Assembly (NCBI GenBank): GCA_965153355.1
Contig: OZ231126.1
Span: 20,150,001-20,214,000, forward strand
Length of the DNA: 64,000 bases
DNA from: Flaccisagitta enflata
Taxonomy: Eukaryota
Direction: 5' to 3'
In this document: one piece after another, positions 1-43,401 of the stretch
Layout of the letters: each line of letters starts with the position of its first letter
Numbering within the stretch: the first letter of the stretch is position 1
The notes under the pieces: generated by a model
The model's input: the letters and a program-made list of their open reading frames with translations, nothing else
Told to the model about the DNA's origin: nothing
Database searches by the model: none
Program-made: the position numbers and the translations under genes

Positions 1-222
1 GTCTTCTGTACGCGACTCTACAACCCGCTTTGTCCGTCCGTCCGTCCGTCCGTCCGTCGGTCAGTCCGTCGGTCGGTCTGTCAAACTTTACTTTTTTCAT
101 TTTTTCGGCGTTTATCGGTGATTATTGCATTACTGCTCCTGCCCAAATGCATGGATAGCCTTTTTTATCACTGCCCCTGCCCACCAGCACGCGACTAAGG
201 TAGCCGTGTATCCGGCCTTGTT
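1..222 (+). mobile_element. Non-autonomous Helentron-like (HINE/DINE-1-type) element
   Basis: 5' ACGCGACT, (GTCC)n microsatellite, 3' subTIR GCACGCGACT, hairpin GCCG-TGTATC-CGGC, terminal CTTGTT. Confidence 0.75.
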
Positions 223-262
223 TCAAAATACGACCTCATTCTAAACCACTGACAACAAGAGA

Positions 263-508
263 AACAAGGTCATTAGACCTAAGGCGCGTGCGTCGGCATT
301 TACAAAAAAAGTCAGGCAGACAGACTGACAAACAATTTTTTTCTCAAAAAGACATTTGAAATGGCTGTTTACTCCATAAAGTTTCTTCTCTACCATTCAG
401 AGACATAAAAAACGCATTAAAAAACCTTTAAAAGTGTTTTGTGACGGACCGACCGATCGACGGACCGACCGAAAAGTGGCTTATAGAGTCGCGTAGCACG
501 CGACTAAG
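263..508 (-). mobile_element. HINE-like element (same subfamily as 14198-14431)
   Basis: AACAAG, hairpin AGGTC-ATTA-GACCT, GACC/GACG microsatellite, terminal palindrome AGTCGCGT-AGC-ACGCGACT. Confidence 0.75.
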
Positions 509-546
509 AAGTAAGATGTTACAGTGCATTGACATTGAATCGTCAC

Positions 547-11684
<11,138 letters not shown>

Positions 11685-12158
11685 CGAATCGTTTTATCAT
11701 CAAAAGACCGAAAAAACATAAGGCTAATGATGAACTCGCCTTACAGATGGACACGCGTGATCACATGTGAGGATTTTTTTATACAATTACTATTGACATG
11801 ACCTTGACCTCGACCAATCTTCGTAGGCTCACATGATCACATCCCCTCAAATAACCCCCCTCCCCACAGCCCCTCAGCGGCTTGCCCTTAACATTTATAA
11901 CCTGCTCCACACTAATCATTCATTCATGAGAGCTTCCGCGCTTGTTGCTGTAAGTGATTGACTTTGTAAAAGGAACTGACAGGATATGGATGACCATTTT
12001 ATCCGATTCGAATTGCGCGTGAGGATCGAGTTCATTGAATGATATATTATACATAATACATAATCATAATTTAGTTAAATACCGCTCTAGCGGATTTCAA
12101 GGGACTAGCAAATCTTATCTGTTAAAGGCGGAATTTTGTTACAGCCAAAATAGGAAAT

Positions 12159-12324
12159 AATAAGGCCGCATACACGGCCACCAGTTGCGGACGGGTGGGT
12201 AGGGGCGGATATGCGCGTTTTTCCACTTTTCAACTCGTGCTGAAGGACGGACGGACCGACCGACGACCAAACAGATGGACAGACGGAAAAAGCATCTATA
12301 GAGTTGCGTGTCCGCAACTAAAAA
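12159..12324 (-). mobile_element. HINE-like element
   Basis: GGCCG-CATACA-CGGCC hairpin, AGTTGCGGAC subTIR, GACG/GACC repeats, AGTTGCGTGTCCGCAACTAAAAA end. Confidence 0.7.
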
Positions 12325-12569
12325 GAAACAAGTTGCAGGGACAATGAATTTGCGTCAATTATATGCGGCATTCCGTTACTGGTGGGTCCGTTAAAGCCGG
12401 GTTCAACTATAGTTCGACGCGACTCCATATGGTGCTGTATTGGTCGGTCCCTCTGTCTGGCGGTCGTTATTTCAAGACATTTACAGGTGCCTAGGTGGAA
12501 TTTGTTTCACTGCCTCTTCCCCAATCACAAACTAACCAAATTTGCAACAGGCCCTATACCCTCGGTAAG

Positions 12570-12855
12570 CATGGATGTAGGGGACGCCACGTCCACCACG
12601 TCCATGGATGTGGTAAAAGTCGGTCTTGAAAAGGAAGTCGATCTTGAATTAAGAGCGATTCAAGGTTGAAAAAATAGCAATTTCTTTGAAAAACAGCGTA
12701 AACAGAAACAAATTTGACTGAGTTTCTTTGGATTGTAACAAAAAAACTTTAGATGGAAGATTATTATTCAAGAATGATGCAAAAAGTAAGAAAAATTACT
12801 CGGTCTTGAAATACTAAGTGGACGTGGCGAATTTCGGAGCTCGACTACACCCATG
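12570..12855. mobile_element. hAT-like MITE with 8-bp TSD, inserted in a degenerate HINE
   Basis: TIR CATGGATGTAG / CTACACCCATG; flanks TCGGTAAG and GCGGTAAG (one mismatch); subterminal GCCACGTCCAC inverted at both ends. Confidence 0.65.
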
Positions 12856-13256
12856 GCGGTAAGTGTTATCGCCTTGTTTTCTCTTCATCCAAGAATATAT
12901 TTCTAGATTTTCTATCAAACAGGGTTAAACGAAGACAGATAGATGCCTCCTCAGCGCTTCTTTACGCTAGTGACGGACATGCGGACAAATCACCTGTTAG
13001 ATATGTGATGACACCATCAAGAACAAGAATTACCGGACATTGGAGCTCCATCATGTTGAATTGGAGTCTGGAGATGACACTTAATTAATACACTGTACCA
13101 TCAATCATCAAAAGTGACAGAACTCCACCCCCATGGCCCCACGACCCCACCTCTACTGAAATTTCAAATAGACGATTATATGACAAGTAAAAAAAAAAGA
13201 TCTTCATCCTCACCATTCAAACGTGACCACTTTCTGAAAAAAATGACGTTCGACTC

Positions 13257-13524
13257 GGGGGCGTTTCTAGTCAGAGACAATTGCGTTTTTTAACGGGCCA
13301 CTGGGTCGCTCGCACCGCTTACGCAGCTCTTTCGCTATACAGCGCACGCAGCGCGCTGCTAAACTATGCTTGTTTCACTTGCTCGCTCCGTTCATGGATT
13401 CGCTCACTCACTTTGCTCACTCCCTTGTTAGACAGTTGAAATTCTTGAATATGTGTTGTGTTTATGCTGTAAACGCGTTCAATGGGAACGAACGCGTTTT
13501 TCAACTTCACTAGAAACACGCCCT
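13257..13524. mobile_element. Small TIR element (possibly PIF/Harbinger-like)
   Basis: GGGGCGTTTCTAGT ... ACTAGAAACACGCCC with possible TCG target duplication; internal GCTC/ACTC repeats. Confidence 0.45.
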
Positions 13525-13856
13525 CGATGAATTACCGACGATCTTCGATTAAATTCTTTTTGCACTCTTTTGATCATTTGATGTGAGTCTTGGCCTTCAA
13601 ACGAAGATTTATTGCACGTGGCCATTTGTTCGCTTAGAACGCCAACAAGTGTCCTTCACCTTAGACAAAGAAAAGATCATCAATCTTCGTACTGTTGTAG
13701 TGTTGTTTAGGACGTTAAGAGGATGTAAGAGAAGTAAAGAGCTCAGAAGACAAGCACCGTCACAAAAAGACAAGTGAACCTAACAGAAGACTGTTAAAAT
13801 CAATGACACACGCACTCGGTCGCACGCACGCTGAAACGCACACAGTCACACGCACA

Positions 13857-13950
<94 letters not shown>

Positions 13951-14106
13951 GACTGACAGAGAGACATACAGAGATACTGAGAGACAGTGAGACAGATACA
14001 GAAGGAGAAAAAGACAGAGAGAGACATAGAGGCAGAGACAGAGAAGGACAGAGGAACAGACAGCAACAGAAAGAGACAGTCACAACTGACACAGACACAC
14101 AAAGAC

Positions 14107-14197
<91 letters not shown>

Positions 14198-14198
<1 letters not shown>

Positions 14199-14249
14199 AC
14201 AAGGTCATTAGATCTAAGTCGCGTGCATCGGCATTTTCTCAGAAGGTTT

Positions 14250-14284
<35 letters not shown>

Positions 14285-14431
14285 TGGAATTTTTAAAAAA
14301 ACATGAATTAGTGGTGTTCTCAAAGGTGTGGAAAACGCCAAAAAAAAAAACCTTTAAAATGATTGGAGACAGACGGACGGGCCGACGGACCGAAAAGTGG
14401 CTTAAAAAGTCGCGTAGCACGCGACTAAAAA
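14198..14431 (-). mobile_element. HINE-like element (same subfamily as 263-508)
   Basis: AACAAGGTCATTAGATCTAAGTCGCGTGC ... GAAAAGTGGCTTA...AGTCGCGTAGCACGCGACTAAAAA. Confidence 0.75.
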
Positions 14432-14624
14432 TCGCGTTGCAGGTTTCTCATATCCGTGGTCGAGCGCGAACGCGACCACATAATTAGAGATGAAATTCAT
14501 TTGGACGGTGAAAAAGCACAAAATATTCATAGCTACGAATTAACCACTCCTTGAACTTTTTTTCATCGATTTTGTTTTTTTCAGTCCTGTACTAAAAAGA
14601 ACATATAAAATGACTGTTTTTTTT

Positions 14625-14732
<108 letters not shown>

Positions 14733-14877
14733 TCTTTCTTTCTTTCTTTTTTTCTTCCTTCCTTCCTTCCCTCCTTCCTTCCTTCCTTTCTTCCTTCCTT
14801 CCTTCCTTTCTTCCTTCCTTCCTTCCTTCTTTTCTTTCTTTCATTCTCTCTTTTTCTCGTTTTTCTTTCTTTCTTCC

Positions 14878-16063
14878 TTTTTGGGCAGCGGCCCCAAAGG
14901 GCCGATGTCCTGCAGGACACAGGGGTGAATTTCCAGACATCCGTCCGTCTGTCCGTACGTCCGTCCGTCCATCCCCCCCCCCCCGGTCAAAGCTTCTGAG
15001 CCTCATGTTCCCATTGAATAACATGGAACATTGAAGAAATGCAAATTTCCCATCGAATAACATAGGACGGCTTCCCTCCGAAGGCAACATTCGTTTTTCA
15101 AAGAAGATCAAAATAGAAAAAATGTATAAATGAAAATGCAGAAATAAGTGAATAAAGATGATTGAGATGGCTCAGATATGATATTTAAAAGAAAAATTTG
15201 CATTGATTCAGCAAAAGGACCAAGTTTAGCAAATGTTACCAAAAAAATTACTTTGAAAATTTGTACTTATTTTATTTTTGGTCACTGACAGGGGGTCGGT
15301 TGAAATTCTGAATTTGTATAGGAAATGAAAAAATGAAAAAGCAAAGAACATAGTTCTCTTCCTAAATCGATTACAGAGAGAACTATGTTTTTCAAAATGC
15401 AAAATTTCCCTGTATTTGGCTTTCTTGGAATAACAACGTCAGAAAATGAAAAAAAGTGTAAGCAGAAAATCACTAAAAATCATCAATTTCTTGCTTGTTT
15501 TCATGTGAATCGCATGGTTCAAATTGTATTTTAAGTCAGAATATGATAAAAATGTATACACCAAGTATCCTTAGAGACAATTTGTCCACTAAAAGCATTC
15601 CAGCTTCATTATTGTCCTGATAATGATGCAAAAAGTATTGTGAAACACTTCATTTTCCTTCATAAATTTTCCGTCATAGAAAATTGATAAAGAAATGAAA
15701 AAAATATAATATTCCCATTGAATAACATGGAGAATTTACTAGAAGTTAAAAACTTGGGATATCCCTATTGAATAACATGGAAAATTGACAAAATTTTGAA
15801 AAAATAGCAAGACTCAGATTAAATAACATGGGGAAATTGACAATGAAATGGAAAAAAATTCAATGTTCTCATTGAATAACAAGGAAAGTAGCCCCAAAGG
15901 CCTCAAATGTGCCTTCTCAGGACGTCTGGAAATTCACCCCTGTGTCCTACAGGACATTGGCCCTTTGGGGCCACTGCCCTGCTCTCACTCCACTTCTGCA
16001 GCTAATCACTCTAAGCAGGGCATCGGGTACCGCTGACCATGTGCGATCCTTGGATGACTAGTT
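14878..16063 (+). mobile_element. Long HINE-like element with ~55-bp subterminal inverted repeat
   Basis: GGGCAGCGGCCCCAAAGGGCCGATGTCCTGCAGGACACAGGGGTGAATTTCCAGAC is inverted at ~15924-15980; GTCC microsatellite; internal TTGAATAACATGG repeats; 3' tail shared with the elements at 25005, 26669 and 37885. Confidence 0.75.
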
Positions 16064-16085
16064 TCTTTCTTTTCTTTTTTTTTTT

Positions 16086-16146
<61 letters not shown>

Positions 16147-16152
16147 TTTTTT

Positions 16153-16211
<59 letters not shown>

Positions 16212-16312
16212 CTCTTTCTCTCTTACTTCCCTTCATTCATTCTGTCTCTCTGTCTTTCTGTCATATCAAACTGCATTTCTTTTTTGAGTCAAAGTGTGTT
16301 CCGATTTTTCCG

Positions 16313-16572
16313 TTTTTAGGTGAGCCATAGCACCTCTATATAGGGCTCTGTCGGTCCGTCCGTCCGTCACGCTCGAATGAAAAATCGCAAAAAATGTTTG
16401 AAATCACTTTGTTCATCATTGATATTACTCGTCATCATATTGATCTACGGTTAGGTCTAATACAGCTGGGGATAGGTCGAATAGAGCTAGCGATAGGTCT
16501 AATAGAACTAGGGATAGGTCTAAGAAGTTATACGCCAGGTGCACCGTCTTGGCCCGTGTATCCGGCCTTGTT
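16313..16572 (+). mobile_element. HINE-like element, short form (about three 21-bp GGATAGGTCTAATAGAGCTAG units)
   Basis: TTTTTAGGTGAGCCATAGCACCT 5' hairpin, GTCC repeats, GGCCCGTGTATCCGGCCTTGTT end. Confidence 0.75.
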
Positions 16573-16578
16573 TCTTTT

Positions 16579-16645
<67 letters not shown>

Positions 16646-16904
16646 ATCTTTCTTTCTTTCTTTCTTCCTTTCTTCCTTTCTTTATTTCTTTCTTTTTTCT
16701 TAATTTCTCTCTTTATTTCTCTCTTTGTTTCGTTCTTTTTTTTTCTTTCTTTTTTTAACTCTATAAGAGGCATTGTCCGTCCGTCCATCCTTCCGTCCAT
16801 CCGTCCATCCGCCCGTCCGTCCGTCCGTCTGTCGGTCCTACCGTTCGTCTGTCCTTCGGCCTGTGTTTGTGTGTGAGTGTGTGTGTGTGAGTGTGTGTGT
16901 GTGT

Positions 16905-16981
<77 letters not shown>

Positions 16982-17094
16982 CGTGTGCGTGTGCGTGCGT
17001 GTGTTTGTGTGTGTGGAGGGGGTGAGTGAGGGATAAGGGCTGTACGCTCCTAACCACCCGTCCGCAGCGATATGGTGACATCGCTTCACTTGTT

Positions 17095-17178
<84 letters not shown>

Positions 17179-17216
17179 TCGTTCTTTCTTTCTTTCTTTC
17201 TTTCTTTCTCTCTTTC

Positions 17217-17252
<36 letters not shown>

Positions 17253-18252
17253 TTTCTTGTTTTCTTCCTTTTGATATTGACGATGATGGTGATGATGATG
17301 ATGATGATCATGATGATGATGATGATGATGATGATGATGGTAATAATTTGGATGATGACGATGATAATGATAATTGCAATGATGACGATGATGATGATGA
17401 TGAGGACGTTGTGGTCCCTATTCATGTACTGAGGTGGTTGTTGTTGCTGTCTTTCGATCGTTTTACTTAAAAAGTCCATTAAACTTGGGTCTCCCTATTT
17501 CGCAAAAACGCGCATAAAAAAGAATCATCAATTATCATCGACCAAATCAACCGAAATTTGGTTCAAATCGCTGTCAATCATCCCTCACCAGTCTTTTTAT
17601 CTTCACAGGTTCATCTTTAATTTGATAAAACCGGTCGGTCGGTCAGGCCGACGGTCGGTCGCATTTGTCGAGCGGGTTTTTCGCACCTGACCAAGCGCCT
17701 TAATGACCTTCTACATCACTGCCCCTGCCCACCCGCTCACGACTTAGGTTGCCGTATATCTGACCCTGTTTTTCAATATTGTGCGTCCTCGCACCTGAAA
17801 AAAAAAGATGCAAATGGAGATGGAGAAACAGAGGCAGACAGACGAGTGGTCACGTACAGCAATTATGATCTGCAATACTCAGTGCGCCCCGCGGCCATGC
17901 GTTGACAATCTCTCGCAGTTCATATCGTCTTTTGCGACCTTGTCGACCTTGAGTTTGCGTGCTAACTTTTCGATGTGGGGGCCAATTTTTTGATTGTATC
18001 GATCCCCGAGCCCGCGTTTGTGTGCGCGCGTCATGCGCTTAATTTATTTCAACTCATTTCGACAAAATATCCAAACTTGAACACACGTGAAAAAAAACAG
18101 AAATAGAAAAAGGGAGAAAAGTAAAAAAGAAATATAAAAAGAAAAGAAAAAACACTCCGAAATATTCGTATTTGCTCTGTCTAATAAAATTCTTGCTTTT
18201 TTTTCTTACTTTTTTTCAGTTGTTTTCCAGCACACAAATCAAAACAGTGACA

Positions 18253-29259
<11,007 letters not shown>

Positions 29260-29507
29260 AATCGAGCGGCGACAACTGTTTGTGAATGAGTCGTATTTAC
29301 ATATATCAAATCATTTATTCAAATTCAATCATGTTTAACGCGACATTTGCATTTCTCTCGAGACATCAACGCAATTGCCTCATACTGAATCATGTACATG
29401 ACATGTGCTGCTACACTCATATTTTGCCAATTTGCTCAAATTGACAACGTTTGTCTATTGATTTCGAATACAGATCTTCCAATCTGCTCATACCTGTCTC
29501 ATTTTAA

Positions 29508-30006
29508 AACAACGCCAAGAGATGTCCAATAGATGCGTCCTCTTTAGATGTAAGATATAAAGATACAAAGATACTAGAATAAAGATGTTAAGATATAATG
29601 ACACCAAGATATTAAGATATTTTCTCCCCCCGCCCCCGCCCCTCCATGCCTCCTCTTCCACCCCAATGCCCCAAGACCTTCCCACCACTAATACAAGGAC
29701 ACATCTGGAGATGTAAAAAGACATGGCGACATGAGAAGACATGAAGAAACATGAAGTAATATGAAAAAAAACATGAAGAGACACGAAAAGACACATGGAG
29801 AGACACATGAAGAGACACGTGAAGAGACACATGAAGAAATACATTAAGAGATCCATGATGAGATACATGAAGAGATACATAAAGACACATGAAGAGATAC
29901 ATGAAGAGACACAAAGAGAAATGAAGAGACACGAAGAAAAATGAAGAGAAATGAAGAGAAAATTTCGCGTGACAGACCTTAGAGATGCGAGGACGCATCT
30001 ATAAAA
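29508..30006 (-). mobile_element. HINE-like element with central ~12-bp GAAGAGACACAT repeats
   Basis: AGATGCGTCCT subTIR near one end; AGATGCG-AGGA-CGCATCT hairpin plus A-run at the other. Confidence 0.6.
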
Positions 30007-30013
30007 AGAAGGA

Positions 30014-30101
<88 letters not shown>

Positions 30102-30907
30102 GAAAAGAAGAAATGAATAAATGAATTAATGAACGAACGAATGAATGAATAAATGAATGAACAAATGCATGAATGAATGAATAAATGAATGAATGAAAAG
30201 AACCAAGAGGGAAGCAGCCGGGCAAGCTGTCATTCAGACCGACCGCTCTCATGCCATGTTTGCATGGAGAGAAAGGTAGATCATGGAAAGATTTATGCTG
30301 ATGATTTAAACTGATGAAAAGCGGAGCGAGGCTCAAGGCAGTTAATTGAGAGATGGATAGATGCGGATGAAGGACGGATGGGGACTGTCTGAGGGTCGAG
30401 GGTAGTTGGATAAGTTTGGATCCGTTGGTGAAAACGTAGGTCTTCCAAATGCCCAAATTTGTGACATTTGTTTCTTTGTAATATTACAGAAATGTTGCTG
30501 TATATAGGGTGTGGGGACGGCATGCCGCGGCAGTCCCGTCTAGATCGTCCTTTTGCTTGCCAATAAATACCTGTTCTCATCTTGTTCTCTCTCTCTCATT
30601 AGTCTCATAACATCGGATTGCCATATAACAGGGTTGATTTTACTCTCGCCCTTTTTAGGTGTGCCAACGCACCTTTATGACCGGTCGTGTCCGTCTGTCT
30701 GTTGGTCACGCAAACCTTTAACGATCCACCCGGCGCACCTATTGGCCTTGTTACATAATCGACCCTCGAAAGTTAACAGGACTCGAATGACAGATTTTCA
30801 GATGCATGCTAGTGTTCCTAGTATTTGTAAAAGACGCTGTGTCCGTCCAATACAACAGTCCGCCCGTCCAATCGTCTTTCAGTCTATCTGGGACGAGAAA
30901 AGAAGGG

Positions 30908-30978
<71 letters not shown>

Positions 30979-31226
30979 GACTCGGTGTCAGAAAGATAGC
31001 ACAGAAACAAAGGCTTCGTTGATCTAACTTTACCTCCGAGACTGTGACAGAACTTTTATGACAAGTTCATCGAAATTTAAGCCATGACGTAAACTCGAAT
31101 TGGGATCTTCAATTTTCGAAATTTACTTTTTGCTCCACTCGCGCCCTAACCGAAGACCAACGATTTTACATTGGATTGTAATCTAGTTCGAATTTGTCGG
31201 TCAAAAGGAAGTTCAATAAAAGAAAG

Positions 31227-31345
<119 letters not shown>

Positions 31346-31553
31346 GCATACCGAGATTGACAGCCAGAATCCCAAACAGACAGAAAGACTGACTTACAAA
31401 CATGTACGCACATACCGTATTTTCCAGGTTTTTTACCGACAACAAGAAATTCGGAAAAAGAAGGAAAAAAAACGATTTAGATAACTCATTTTTGTGGGCA
31501 CAATTTATGCGATGTCATTTCAACTTCGTGTAGTCTGTAATTTTCCTTTTTCC

Positions 31554-32985
31554 TTTTTGTCCCCGACGAACAGTTTTCGTCGGTGACTATGAAGTAGCAG
31601 TGATGTGTAGTCTGTCTGTCTGTCTGTGTGTCTGTCTGTTTGTCTGTTTAAAACCCTTGATATTTTTGGAACCAGACTTCAGAATTTTATGAAACTTTGC
31701 TGGTGTTGTTTATAGGTCAATAGGAGCTTGTGCACCAATTTTCAAAAAAATTCATTAACTTTTACTACCCTTTGCCTATTATTTTTGTAGTAATATTTAG
31801 CTGGGACTTAAGCGTTTTACATAGGTAGAGGGTAGTAAAGGTTTATGAATTTTTTTTTAATTTGGTATACAAGTAGAGGGTAGTAAATAAACAACCCCTG
31901 CAAAATTCGAATTAAATCTGAAGTCTGGTTTATGAGATATTAGTTTATTTATGTAGTAGTATGTTGCTAGGACTTAGGCAATTTACATAGGCAAAGGGTA
32001 GTAAAGGTATGTGAATTTTTTTCTAATTTGATAAGCAAGTAGAGGGTAGTAAATAAATAAGCCCTGCAAAATTCGAATTAAATCTGAAGTCTGGTTTATG
32101 AGATATTAGCTTATTTATGTAGTAATATGTTACTATGACTTAGGCAGTTTACATAGGCAAAGGGTAGCAAAGTTATGTGAATTCTTTTTTAATTTGGTAT
32201 ACAAGTAAAGGATATTAATTGAAGTGCCCCTGCAAAATTCGAATTAAATCTGAAGTCTGGTTTATAAGATATTAGCTTATTAATGTAGTAATATATTACT
32301 AGGACTTTAGCAATTTCTATAGAGGATTGGAGTTGGAATTCTTTTACTATCTCATTTATTACATTCTGATTTTTTTTTCTTTAGGTTTGCCATCATGGAT
32401 TTCAAGATTCATCTTCAACTACTGTCACCATCTTCAACTACTGTCACCATCTTCAACTACTGTCACCATCTTCAACTACTGTCACCATCTTCAACTACTG
32501 TCATCATCTTCAACTACTGTCATCATCTTCAACTACTGTCATCATCTTCAACTACTGTCATCATCTTCAACTACTGTCATCATCTTCAACTACTGTCATC
32601 ATCTTCAACTACTGTCATCATCTTCAACTACTGTCATCATCTTCAACTACTGTCATCATCTTCAACTACTGTCATCATCTTCAACTACTGTCATCATCTT
32701 CAACTACTGTCATCATCTTCAACTACTGTCATCATCTTCAACTACTGTCATCATCTTCAACTACTGTCATCATCTTCAACTACTGTCATCATCTTCAACT
32801 ACTGTCATCGTCTTCAACTACTGTCATCATCTTCAACTACTGTCATCATCTTCAACTACTGTCATCTTCAACTACTGTCATCGTCTTCAACTACTGTCAT
32901 CATCTTTAACTACTGTCATCATCTTCAACTTTGAAAAAAAATTTTGAAAATTTCAAAAAAAAAAATTTTTGAAAATTTTTTTTTG

Positions 32986-33020
<35 letters not shown>

Positions 33021-33140
33021 AAAATTTTTTTTTTTTTTGTCGTGTCTCTTCTCGAGTCGCGTTTACGCGACGAGAAAGCTTCAAAAATTACAGTCCCCAG
33101 TCGGGGACTGTAATTTTGAAGCTTTTTCGCCTTTCTCTTC
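31554..33140 (+). mobile_element. HINE-like element carrying a ~167-bp satellite-like repeat (~3 copies) and a 19-bp minisatellite
   Basis: 5' TTTTTGTCCCCGAC plus (GTCT)n; inverted GTCGGGGAC at ~33100 within a long hairpin; CCCTGCAAAATTCGAATTAAATCTGAAGTCTGG at ~31896, 32062, 32228. Confidence 0.7.
32410..32930. repeat. 19-bp minisatellite (CATCTTCAACTACTGTCAT)n, ~27 copies
   Basis: Directly visible; no spacers. Confidence 0.95.
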
Positions 33141-33402
33141 TTCCTCAATCTTCAAATTCTACCTCCAACTGTTTAGCTTTTGATTTTACTCGCAAAGAAT
33201 GAATAAAAAGACCCAACCAGTCACTCGGTCTCGTCCTCGAAACAGACTTACCTTCAAGCACCACGTTCTTCTTTTTTTTTCTCAAATAGAAATCTTGTGA
33301 CATTAAATCCCGAAATAACAAATTTGGACAGGTTCGATCGGATTAAATCGCGAAATAATTACGTTGCTTTACTTAATCACTTACTTTAATCTAAAGTAAA
33401 AA

Positions 33403-33630
33403 AACAAAAAGGCCGTATACACGGCTACCGAAGCCGCGTACGGGTGGGCAGGGGCAGTGATAATAAGGCTTTTCAAGCAATTTGGCAGGAGCAGTTACGC
33501 AAAAAACGCCCGTTAACGCCGAAAAAAGCTAACGCAGACCGACCGACCGACCGACCAACCGACCGACCGACCGACCGACACCGACCGACCGACATAGCGG
33601 GTCATAGAGTCGTGTAGCACGCGACTAAAA
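33403..33630 (-). mobile_element. HINE-like element
   Basis: GGCCGTATACACGGC hairpin, (GACC)n, AGTCGTGTAGCACGCGACTAAAA end. Confidence 0.75.
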
Positions 33631-33966
33631 AGAATGAATCGTAAAAAAAAAACAATGCAATGATCTGAGTTGATGGTTTGTGATAAGATAAAAGGAGACG
33701 AAGCGATCATAAATGGCTTCGTCTTCATAACTTTAAAGAAGTTGTAGTAAAGAATAAAGAAAAGCGACAGGCAAGGAAAAAAAGACAAAACCGCCACACA
33801 AAAAAAAAACAACCGAACAACACCACATCGTCTCGACACCAACTAGTACCTAAGCGGCGTCGCAGCATTATTACTCGTACACCATTCGTCGCAATCTCAC
33901 CAATATCATGATCTGTGCGTAAACAAACAACCCACAATTTTTAGACGACCGTAAGAAGGCTAAATC

Positions 33967-42629
<8,663 letters not shown>

Positions 42630-42651
42630 ATGTTAAATTGATTCACCAGAA

Positions 42652-42750
42652 AACAAGTGACCCCGGGGTTACAATATCGTTGCGGACGGGTGGGCAGGGG
42701 TGAATAACCCCCCTCCCCTCCCCCTTTCCACACACAGATAAACACACGCA

Positions 42751-42829
<79 letters not shown>

Positions 42830-42973
42830 CCACACACACACACACACATGACTGCAGCATCCTTAATGCGCGTTTCGCACTTTTGATTTGATCGTGACGG
42901 ACGAACAGATGGACAGATGGACCAACGAACGGACAAAGCCTCTTATATGGAGTCACGTGTCCTTTACTAAAAA
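42652..42973 (-). mobile_element. HINE-like element just downstream of the ankyrin stop codon
   Basis: AACAAG, GTGACCCCGGGGTTAC hairpin, GTTGCGGAC subTIR, (CA)n, GACG repeats. Confidence 0.65.
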
Positions 42974-43401
42974 CATCTTTTTATTTCGTTTCGTTCCATG
43001 GCTACTCAATTGCAATTTTTGTCATTCCATTCCAACCTTACACCTATTTAGTAAATTATTTATATTTTTCACGGGTAAGAAACAATAGTAAGTTTTAATG
43101 CATCTTTCAATGCTTCCTAATAAATGACACTTCGCTTGTAAATCTTATAGTCGCAGCACGCAAAAACAATATCCAGAAAGAATATCATCTCAAGTTAGGT
43201 AGTGCAATTAGACGCAGGGATAAGGATACGAAGCAGTTAAAACGGATTTTTAATGATGCAGATCTACAACCCCTTTCGATGATTCCTTACTGTTTTTAAG
43301 AAGGAGTCCCCTCTTCATCGCAAAACATGCCAAATATTTTTTTCATTCTTGCCTCTAATCTTTAAACTTTAAATGAGGTGACATTATCCGCAATCTGAGA
43401 A

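Noticed and set aside
32327-32947. 206-aa repetitive ORF or CRISPR-like array
   Set aside because: Head-to-tail 19-bp minisatellite with no spacers and no cas genes.
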